A stretch of 64,000 bases of DNA from Callorhinchus milii (taxonomy: Eukaryota): NCBI RefSeq assembly GCF_018977255.1, contig NW_024704742.1, forward strand, positions 73,720,001 to 73,784,000, in the 5' to 3' direction. Each line of letters opens with the position of its first letter. Positions within the stretch are counted from its first letter, which is position 1. The notes under the pieces were generated by a model that saw only the letters and a program-made list of their open reading frames with translations, made no database searches and was not told the DNA's origin. Below are positions 13,312 through 23,030 of this stretch, piece by piece. The position numbers and the translations under genes were made by a program.

Positions 13312-13540
13312 TAATAATAATCCTTGCATTTGATATAGCGCTTTTCACGTCTTCTAGATGTCTCAAAAGTGCTTCACAGAATATGCTGTAAAGTGAATTG
13401 ACCATATATTTGTGGGCGAAACGCGGCAGTCAATTGCACACAGCAGTGTCTCACAAACAGTCGTGGATTGAAAATGACCTTGGACAAGTTTCCTTACTCC
13501 ACACGCCTGATAATAATCCCTGCAAAAACAATAATAAATT
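13312..13540 (-). mobile_element. SINE with an internal inversion (13478-13540 lies on the + strand)
   Basis: The minus-strand 3' part is joined to the plus-strand version of the immediately upstream SINE segment. Confidence 0.8.
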
Positions 13541-13686
13541 TCTAAATACTTTCTAGTATACTTCACTTGCTCAGGACTGAGAATCCTCATTTTGTTTCGC
13601 TTTCCAGTTCCTCCTTCCCCCAAAACACTTGAGGCCAATCGCAATGCCTCCATCACGACATTAGTTGAGATCACTTAAAACAAACC

Positions 13687-14009
13687 AATAATAATAATAA
13701 TCCTTGCATTTGATATAGCGCTTTTCACGTCGGGAGGACGTCCCAATGCGCTTCACAGAACACACTGTAAAGTGAATTGACTGTATATTTGTGGGCGAAC
13801 GCGGCAGCCAATTGCGCACAGCAATGTCCCACAAACAGTCGTAGATTGAAAATGACCAATTTATTATTGTTTTTGGTTTTGGAGGGATTATTATTAGGCT
13901 CTGTGTGGAGTAAGGAAACTTGCCCAAGGTTTCGCCCTGTGCCTGGAATTGAACTCAGGTCTCTCGCTTGCAAAGCGAGTGCTCTAACCACTGAGCTACA
14001 GAACTCCAC
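13687..14009 (-). mobile_element. Full-length young tRNA-Ala(TGC)-derived SINE
   Basis: A box TAGCTCAGTGG, B box GTTCAATTCC; near-identical to copies at 19040, 20377 and 41952. Confidence 0.95.
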
Positions 14010-14699
14010 AATAATTCCCTTTTTGTTTTAAACAGAGATGTTATGGAAGGAGTCCAGACAGCCCAAAACTTATATTTCATTGGTGTCTGAACTATTTAAA
14101 CTTGCTGTGTTTCAGCTTCCAGTTTTTCTTTCAAAAAACTATAGAAATAGTTGAACAAATCCAATTTTTCCCAAGGAAGGTGCACATTTATGTTTTTTTC
14201 ATGTGGATGGTTGGAACTGAAATCAGGTTGTTTTGCTGACCCGTCCTCTGTGATTTCATAGGCCTCTAAAATGGAGCATGCAGCAATTATTTTGAGGAAT
14301 ACTTGAGGTTGGAAACAGTTGCTCAGTCTACCACTGCACAGCCTGACCATCACCCAGTTGGCATTTTCACCTGACAGCCAATTCCTGTTAGCAGTTTCGT
14401 GAGACCGGACATGGTCTCTATGGAAACAGCAAGAACCTGCCCAATTAATGGTGCACTCTATCATTTGCCACTCGTTTCAAACCATTTATAAAAATTATAA
14501 ATAACTATGAATAAGTATAAATGATCAGAGATGTGATCAGATAAGATGTGTTACAAAGTGGCCCAGTCATACTGTAAATAGCGATAAAGGAGGCAAAGTG
14601 TTCAGTTTGGTGTGAATTTACTTTTGCACAATAACAGAATTGGACCATGCCAAACATGAACAGAGTTGCATGTCTCACAAAGTTTATCTATTAAATAGC

Positions 14700-14990
14700 T
14701 CAACAGGTCAGGAAAGTCTATATTCTGTGTTGAACCTATGAGATCTATGTGGCACTCTGGGTGCTACAATTGGCCTCAGTACCCTGGTTAACAGAAGAAA
14801 AGACAACACATTTGTTTGGATGGCAGGTGAAGACAGTTTTGGGCTCATCTATTATGCTTTTTCAGTCATACATACATCGAGCCAACACCCTTCAAGGCTC
14901 GTTCATGAATAATGAGCCACTTGGGTAGATAGTGGCGGCAGCCTGTGACCCGTAACAAGGTTAGTTGAAAGAAAAACAACTTGAAGAAAG
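14700..14990 (+). mobile_element. Ancient SINE-like repeat (second copy about 52480-52930 on the minus strand)
   Basis: Shared motif GTGCTACAATTGGCCTCAGTAC vs GTGCCAAAATTGGCTTCAGTGC, plus downstream similarity. Confidence 0.45.
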
Positions 14991-15162
14991 GAGAATAATT
15001 ATAGGAAATTCAATCATCTAATTGCATTCCCATGAAAATATCATCATATAAAACTCAGTGCTAGCTAAGGAGTCTGGTTTACTTGATAAGAGTAAAAGAA
15101 AATTAAAACATTAAGAGTTTTTTTTGAAGGATCCATTTCTTTGGGTTTTATTGGGGACTTGC

Positions 15163-15249
15163 CTGTGTTGCTCTGACACGGAGTACTGCAGTGTAGTCAT
15201 GTGATGTGGCCGGTGCAGACCTGAATGCTTGAGGAGTCACGTAAAGCAC
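15163..15249 (-). CDS. Putative exon 2 (87 nt), GC donor; internal ATG at 15200 gives MTTLQYSVSEQH(R)
   Basis: Acceptor ctctttttattcttattcag|GTG and donor CAG|GCAAGT (GC-AG consensus). Non-repetitive and GC-richer than its flanks. The ATG frame ends in phase 2, matching the next exon. Confidence 0.55.
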
Positions 15250-15835
15250 CTGAATAAGAATAAAAAGAGTTGTTCATTTCCATGTTACAGCACTCGACTT
15301 CTGAATCTATTTGCGAACTCAAAAGTATTGTAGGCAAAGCATTTATGACAATTGTTAGATTATATTCTTGTGTTTTTTTTGAATTCCAAAATGTTTCTCA
15401 TCGTGCACCAAAGTTACTCTGATGATCAATCTCTCCACGTTCACACAGTCTACTCGCATTAAATCTGGATAAAAAGTATTACACAATCTCTTTGGTCCTC
15501 GGTACATGAGGCAAATAATCCTGTTAATATTGTTAAAGAAATGACATCGGAATTATTACAAACAAATTAATATATTGCAATGGAATGTAACTGGTATATT
15601 GCATGGTTCTGTATTAAAATGAGATAAAGGCCATTCCATTTGCTGTTTTTTCTAACACTTTTTATTTTTACTTTCAATGAATATACATACACATCGAAGA
15701 TACCACTATCATAATGCATACACTTTGATACATTGCCATCGTATGTGGACAGACATAACTGTTCAAGTGTGGGTGGGTGGGGAACAAGACTATTGAACTC
15801 ACTGTAAAAAAAACAGGCCAAGTGGAAAGGGGAGG

Positions 15836-17005
15836 GGATCTGTGGCTTTAGACCATTACTGAAGCTGCTGCTAGCACTCCAACAACAACAACAACAAGAT
15901 TTCATTTATAGAGCGCCTTTCACGTCGGGAGGACGTCCCGAGGCGCTGTACAGTTGGGTCAGGACCCGAGCAGGGGGGAAATAGTCAGGGTGAGGGGAGG
16001 GAAAGGAGGGAGTGAGGAGGGGGTAGAGAGTCGAGAGGGGAGCTGAAGGCTCGGTCAAAGAGAAAGGTCTTGAGACCGGCCTTGAAGGAGGAAAGGGTGG
16101 AGGCGGCGAAGGCACTGGGGGTTAGAGTTCCAGAGCCTCGGGGCTGAGAGGCTGAAGGCCCAACCACCGATGGTAGGGCGGCTGGGGCGGGGAATGTGGA
16201 GCAGACCGGAGCCGGAGGAACGGAGGGTACGGGCAGGTAGGTAGGGGGATAGTAGGTCAGAGAGGTAGGAGGGAGCGAGGCCGTGAATGGCCTTGTAGGT
16301 GAGGATGAGGATCTTGAATTCGATCCTCTGGGGGATGGGGAGCCAGTGGAGGCGAGCGAGGGTGGGAGTGATGTGGTCGTGGTCACTAGGTAGTGAGGGA
16401 ACATTTGCAGAGTTAGGCTAATCTAAGTACTGTAATCTCAGTTAGGGTTCGATGTGTTCTGCAAACTTGTTTTTAACCAGAATTCAAAGCCCTAAGTGAG
16501 TGTTTTTATTTCCCTACTCCCCATTCCCTTATTCGCCCATGCTTAATATTATAATAATCCCCCAAAATAATAATATGGTCACTGTTTGTGGGACACTGCT
16601 GTGCGCAATTGGCTGCCGCTTTTCACCCAAAAAATACAGAGTCAATTCACTTTACAGCACTTGACTCAGTGATGTGATAAAGCGCTATATCAAATGATAG
16701 GTTTTTTTATTATTTTTAAGCCTGGAGGAACTCCCATGAATAAATCTCATTCATAATAAAAGTACATAAAACCATCTACAGTATAACAAGGAATTTTTAG
16801 CGTGCACTAAGGAACATAAATGAATATAAGATCTTATCCCAAAAAAGGGGGTATTTCATGGATTAAAAACAACTTTAATAGTCCTTATGGTAAAGTCAAA
16901 CAAGAGAGCCCAGCTCAATTGAGCTTTAAAAAAATAATGGAGTGGACTGGGATATATCAGTTGCTGCTAGCAGCAACTTCAGTAACAGTTTAAAGCCACA
17001 GATCC
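15836..17005. mobile_element. Element bounded by 41-bp inverted repeats, with nested L2 and SINE pieces
   Basis: GGATCTGTGGCTTTAGACCATTACTGAAGCTGCTGCTAGCA (15836-15876) matches the reverse complement of 16965-17005 with 4 mismatches. Confidence 0.6.
15880..16405 (-). mobile_element. Young L2 3' end
   Basis: CpG-rich. Encodes LHWLPIPQRIEFKIL...FKAGLKTFLFD, then the stem-loop tail and (TTG)n. Confidence 0.92.
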
Positions 17006-17059
17006 TTTGAAGCATTTTGAAATGTTGACAAATGTCATTTGTAACCAAATGAGGCAACC

Positions 17060-17660
17060 ATTTAGATATCAAGGAGTTGAAGCACTAATTTGTCTGGTTG
17101 GCCAGAATATTACGAGAATCCCCCATTTCTTTTTGAACGGTGTCATGGCATCTTTAACATCTACCTGAACAAGCGGACAGGACTTTGGTTTAATATCATT
17201 AGAAAATAGCAATTCCGTCAATGCAGAGCTCTCCCAGAACTGCACTGAGTATCAAGCCTAACTGATCTTGTCCTAAACCACAACTTTCTGACCCAGAGGT
17301 GAGAGCTCTAGCGATTGAGTCATTCTAACACACAAAGTCACTGATGTATTTTCTCAGCCAGTATAATTTTTGAAAAGGATACATTCACTTACGGCTCCTC
17401 GGCCTGATTTAGCATAAAAGTAACTCAGAATTAGACTTGGTTGCACCACAGACACATCCATGACAATCAGATGTCAGTTAATAGGTGTAAGGCTGAGCTC
17501 AGTTAGTAGAACTTTTTGCCTCTGTGTCAGAAGGTTACAGATTCTTGACCCATATCCAGACTTTGAACTCGTATAGTCCAGGCTAACACTCAATTACAGT
17601 GCTGTTCTTTGGATAAGGTATTAAACCAAAGTTCCATCTGCCCATTCAGATCAAAATTAA
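17060..17660. mobile_element. Two old DeuSINE fragments (about 17060-17325 minus; 17490-17650 plus)
   Basis: Similar to the head and Deu domain of 22165-22580. Confidence 0.6.
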
Positions 17661-18169
17661 GAATGAAAACGTTTAACTTCAGAAACAAGTAGAAAATTAA
17701 TACTATAGTTACCAAAGAGGTAGCAAATAAATTGGCCAGGGAGCAGGGTGGAGGGAAATGATACAACAATAAGCTTTTTTATTATTTTAGTAGGTTAAGG
17801 ATATTACATTGGGTTCAGTCTACACAGTAATAAAACCAGCCTATGTACTGGAATACATACATCACTGTTATATTGATACTTTTCAGGGTTACAGTGAGCA
17901 AGGTGAAAATTTATAAAACAATGGTGACATTTAGATGCTGAGATAAAGAGTTACAAATCAAACCGTGATATTGTGGAAATTAAAAGACTGTCCTCTACAT
18001 TCTTGCTACTGAAAAGTTAGATGGCATGATCGAGAATATTTGGATCAGAAAAAACCTACTATACTATAATTTTTTGCAGAAACCAGAATGTTGGCAATGA
18101 TTTTTTAGTCTTGGTATCAATGTTGGCTCAGATTGTAGTTTTTTTTAAATAGTTATTTTTAGAAAGTGA

Positions 18170-18480
18170 ACTAGAGTGAGTAGTAAGAGCTCAGAGCCCG
18201 ATGCAGAAAGCTAAGACATAATGTCTCAGTGTACCAGTCTAGAGATGAAACAGAGACATAATTAGAAAGTTGCCATGGACTGACTACATCTATAAACATC
18301 AACAGATCAGCAAAAACATCCAGTCAATGTGGACCCACAAAGGAATTGTAATCGATGATCCTCAGACAAAAATAGAATTTAGAACATTTTATATAAATCT
18401 ATACAAGCATGAATCTATAGTATCCACTGATGATATATAAATATCTAGTTAATCAACCGCTTCCAGATTAGATTCTCGAA
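18170..18480 (+). mobile_element. Degenerate L1/Tx1-type ORF2 linker fragment
   Basis: Translates to KNIQSMWTHKGIVIDDPQTKIEFRTFYINLYK, matching the F..FY..LY motif that precedes the RT domain. Confidence 0.55.
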
Positions 18481-19039
18481 TCTCACCAATTCTATAAAAA
18501 GCTCCACCCATAATTAAAATGCAAAATACCACCCATAATTATCCTGTCTACAGCACAAAGCAGTCAAACGCATGATTAGAATGCTGACATTTTTAAGATG
18601 TGAGCAAAAGCAACCATTTCCAAGCAATTTTTTCAACAGCCAGCATATGATCCTCTGAAGTGTGCCTACTACAGATCTATATCTGGGAATCCAAACATCT
18701 GGCTAAAATACTAGCATTACACCTCAATATCCAAGTCCCTAAACTAGTGCAGTCATCAGACAAACCCGGTCTGTGGGACATATAGTACTTGTCAGTGACA
18801 GTGTCTCTTCAACATCCTCCACCACACTCGAACTCCATAGTTCCTCATCTACATTCCCATCACTCCAGTTCTCATTAGGCTCCACTGGCTCCCAATTTAC
18901 CTTTCCATGACCCTTCAAATTATAAAACACCTTAATCCTCTCTCTTCTCAATCTTAATTGAAACCAGTAAAAAGAAGCATGCCAGTTTTCCATAGCGGTC
19001 CTGGAAACCAGATGGGTTTACTTCCTGCAGTCCAGCTCA

Positions 19040-19368
19040 GGAGTCCTGTAGCTCAATGGTTAGAGCACTCGCTTTGCAAGCGAGAGACCTGAGTTCAATT
19101 CCCGGCAGAGGGCGAAACCTTGGGCAAGTTTCCTTACTCCACACAGAGCCTAATAATAATCCCTCCAAAACCAAAAACAATAATAAATTGATCATTTTCA
19201 ATCTACGACTGTTTGTGGGACATTGCTGTGCGCAATTGGCTGCCGCATTCGCCCACAAATATACAGTCAATTCACTTTACAGTGTGTTCTGTGAAGCGCT
19301 TTGGGACGTCCTCCCGACGTGAAAAGCGCTATATCAAATGCAAGGATTATTATTAGGATTATTATTAT
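19040..19368 (+). mobile_element. Full-length young tRNA-Ala(TGC)-derived SINE
   Basis: tRNA-like head, Deu-type core GTTTGTGGGACATTGCTGTGCGCAATTGGCTGCCGC, L2-like stem-loop tail, (TTA)n. Confidence 0.95.
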
Positions 19369-19509
19369 GTAGGCAAATATAAATGGGCCATTTGTTCCTG
19401 GCTCAAAAACAGGGTAATTAAGCTTATATCTGTAAGATTATATCTGTACATGTGTCCGTGACTTGGAATTTAGTGACACCCTAAACAACTCACCACCCCC
19501 CACCCCAAC

Positions 19510-20330
19510 CCATTCAGAGGCCCTCCTGCTTGGCTCCCGCAAGCGTCTCCTCACCTCACTCGCTGACACCCGTACTATTCATGGTTGCACTCTACGCCTC
19601 AATGAGCCCAATACGGAACCTCGGTGTCCTATTCGACCCTCAGCTATCCTTCAAACCGCACAATCATCCCATGACCCGTTCCACCTTTCCCACCTCCGCA
19701 ACATTGCCCACCTCCGCCATATAGTATCCACTATACTATATAGTGTCACTGCAGATGCTGAGACCCTTATCCATGTTTTCATTGCATCTCGGCTTGACTG
19801 CACCAACTGCCTGCTCACTGGACTTCCCAACTCTTCCCTCCACAACCTGAGGAATATTCAGAACTCTGCAGCTCGTGTCCTCTCCCACACTAGGCTCTTC
19901 AAACCGATCATTCCCATCCTTCCCCGGCTTCACTGGCACCCCATCCTTCAGAGAATCGAATTCAAAAACCCTTGTTCTCTCCTACCTCTGCGACCTCCAA
20001 AACCCAAATCAGCTTGTCCGCTCCCTCTGATGAGCGGACACTGGCCTGCTTCAGGTCCTCCACACTTCCCGCCCCACCATTGGCAGTTGGGCATTCAGCA
20101 TTTCTGCCCTGACATCCCACAATCCCTTCGGCTCACACCCTCTCTTGCCTCCTTCACGTCCCGTCTAAAGATCTTCATCTTTGACCGTGCCTTTGACCAC
20201 CCTCCCAGCCCCACTGCCCCTGCCCTCCACCCCTCCTGACCCCAATTCCCAGCTCAGGTCCAAAATCAGCCGCTGGGACGTCTTTCCAATGTGAAGGGCA
20301 TTATACAAGTGTAATTTGTTGTTGTTGTAA
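19510..20330 (+). mobile_element. L2 3' half (accounts for ORF 19463-20239)
   Basis: AETLIHVFIASRLDCTNCLL...IQNSAARVL...LHWHPI. Confidence 0.92.
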
Positions 20331-20376
20331 TAATTATGTATTTGTAGAAGAATGCAGCTGTCAATTTGCTCACAGT

Positions 20377-20700
20377 AATAATAATAATAATAATCCTTGC
20401 ATTTGATATAGCGCTTTTCACGTCGGGAGGATGTCCCAAAGCGCTTCACAGAACATACTGTAAAGTGAATTAACTGTATATTTGTGGGCGAACGCGGCAG
20501 CCAATTGCGCACAGCAATGTCCCACAAACAGTCGTAGATTGAAAATGACCAATTTATTATTGTTTTTGGTTTTGGAGGGATTATTATTATTAGGTGTGTG
20601 GAGTAAGGAAACTTGCCCAAGGTTTCGCCCTGTCTGGAATTGAACTCAGGTCTCTCGCTTGCAAAGCGAGTGCTCTAACCACTGAGCTACAGGACTCCAC
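20377..20700 (-). mobile_element. Full-length young SINE
   Basis: Near-perfect reverse complement of 19040-19368. Confidence 0.95.
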
Positions 20701-21561
20701 AATGTCGCACAAACAAACCATGACCAATTTGCATAGTGCTATGAGATCTTTAATGTTCATCCGAAGAGGCAAATGGAACCTTAAAACATTTGCTATAGCT
20801 CCTTTCATGTCAGAAGGAATGACCCAAAAAGCTTCACAGGATAATAGTGTAAAGTGTAGTGACTGTGCGTTTTGTCGGCTGACTCGGCAGTCATTTAGCA
20901 CACAGCAAAATCCCACAAACAACCATGAATTGAATGATCAATTTTATTTGGGGGGGAATTGTTGGTCAAGACACAGGGAGAAACTCCCTTCGGTTTTTGA
21001 AAAGTGCCATAGGATTGATAATGTCTACTTAAAATGATTGGCATGTATCTGATTCACTCCAATTTATGGAATTTATTAAGCACCAAATGCTCTAACTCTG
21101 ATAATTTTGCTAAAGTTTTCTTATGCTATGAACTGACAATGTGAATCAGTGTGAATCAAGTTCCTGTGTGGAGGCAACTCTTATTCAACCTTTATTCAAA
21201 ATGTGCAGTTCCCACACATCTTGTGAAAGTCAAACAAGGTAATAATATGAATTTCACTAAACAATGAAATGTTTAGTCCCTTCACATTTATTGTTGCATA
21301 AACAGAACCAAGTGGATTTAGAGACACTGCATTCATGCCTTATGGGCATTAGAAATACTTCATAAAACATTTTGAAGAAGTCTGCCAACAGCAATTCAGT
21401 TCTCACTATTGTTTTGATTTAATGAGCAAGAGCCAATCGCTCCCACCCATTTAACTGGCACATAGAATCCAGCAGCAATATATGCAAGTACCTTCTGTTC
21501 ATAAACATTTGATGCAATGAGCAGCCTTCCTTTAACAGATGTTAGCATCTATTTATGGAAT

Positions 21562-21940
21562 GTGGAGTCCTGTAGCGTAGTGGTTACGCACTCAGCTCGC
21601 AAACGAGAGGACCTGGGTTCGATTTCCAGGCAGGGCGAAATGTTGGACAAGTTTCCTTACTCTATACACCTCTATTTACCTAGCAGTAAGCAGGAACCCG
21701 GTTGTTAATCGATTGGCAGATCACTTTTCCGGGGATAATAAACCCTTCAAAAAAAATCATAATAATTTGGTCACTCAATCCATGACTGTTTGTGGGACAC
21801 TGCTGTGCACAATTGGCTGCAGCATTTCGCCCACAAAATACAGTCAATTCACTTTCCAGTATATTCTGTGAAGCGCTTCGAGACAGCTCGAAGACGTGAT
21901 AAGGTGCTATATCAAATGCAAGGATTATTATTATTATTAT
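21562..21940 (+). mobile_element. Older long variant of the tRNA-Ala SINE
   Basis: Carries an extra segment CTCTATTTACCTAGCAGTAAGCAGGAACCCGGTTGTTAATCGATTGGCAG; tail loop TCGAA. Confidence 0.9.
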
Positions 21941-22164
21941 TTGCAGCATTTACAGCATTTATTTGCAAAGTCAAGGCTTTGTGAGCAGATAACACTCATT
22001 TAAGGTTCAGACTATTCTTATTATCCTAAGGACTTACATTTGCATTATCTTTACTGACTGCTTTTGTTTTCCTATTCTCTCTTCATTATTGCAGTCGGTA
22101 ACTACTTACGAAAGGTCAAGCATCAAGGATCCGGGAAAAGAAAGAAGAGGAAAATAAAATTAGT

Positions 22165-22580
22165 CAGCTTGGCTCAGTTAGGAGCACTCTCACCTCTGAA
22201 TCACAGAATATGTTTTAAGTGTTATGGGTTCAAGCTCCACCTCAGGACTTGGAACACAAATAGTCAAAGCTACACTTCAGTGCAGGTTAGGGGTGTCCTG
22301 CTGTTTTGAAGACGGATTCCTTCGGATGAGAGTTAAGCCAAGGTCTCATCTACTTGTTCAACTAAACGTTAAAAATCCCATGGCACTATTCAAAAATATA
22401 AGGGAGTTTCTCCCGGTGTCCTGTCCAATAAAATTGGTCACTCACTTCATGGCTGTTTGTGGGGCATTGACCCATGCAAGTTGGCTGCCACGATTGCCCA
22501 CAAAACACAGTCACTACACTTTACAGTAGTGAAGCTCTTTGGGATACTCTCTCAATGTGAAAGGCGTTCTACCAAAAATA
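22165..22580 (+). mobile_element. Old DeuSINE, near full length
   Basis: Head TTGGCTCAGTTAG...GGGTTCAAG, Deu domain CCTTCGGATGAGA...ATCCCATGGCACTATTC, L2-like tail. Confidence 0.8.
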
Positions 22581-22769
22581 AAAGATTAAAAGATTAAGAT
22601 TAGGACTGTAAGCACAATTTCAGGCAGGATTTAAGGAGAGAAGGGGTGAGATGGATGTCCTCCTGACAAGAAAGGCGCTATACAAATGTAATTTTGTTGT
22701 TGTTGTTGTAGTAGAGGGAGTTTTAGACATTAAGGGTATAGATACTACTTGCATGAAGAGCGATATATT

Positions 22770-23030
22770 TTCCTTTGTGCCCTCCACTCTACCATCGGCG
22801 GCTGTGCTTTCAGCCACTATATCTCAAAACTTTGGAACTCACTCCCTCAATCCCTCCACCTTGCCTCCTCCTTCACCATCTTCAAATCATGCCTGAAGAC
22901 CTTCCTCTTTGACAGTGCTTACGGTTATCTTACCCCTGTCTCTGGCTTGCCGTTAGGCTCCACCACTGTTAAGCACTCCAAGTCGCTATCCTGCGTGAAG
23001 GGCGCTATATAAATGCAAGTAGTTGTTATA
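22770..23030 (+). mobile_element. L2 3' end
   Basis: KLWNSLPQSL...FKSCLKTFLFD followed by the tail. Confidence 0.85.

Noticed and set aside
14096..14464. 122-aa minus-strand ORF in non-repeat sequence
   Set aside because: No recognisable homology and no convincing splice sites.
19040..19115. tRNA-Ala(TGC)-like sequence (also at 13935-14009, 20625-20700 and 41952-42028)
   Set aside because: It is the SINE head: always followed by the same body and tail, and without a proper acceptor stem. Not a tRNA gene.
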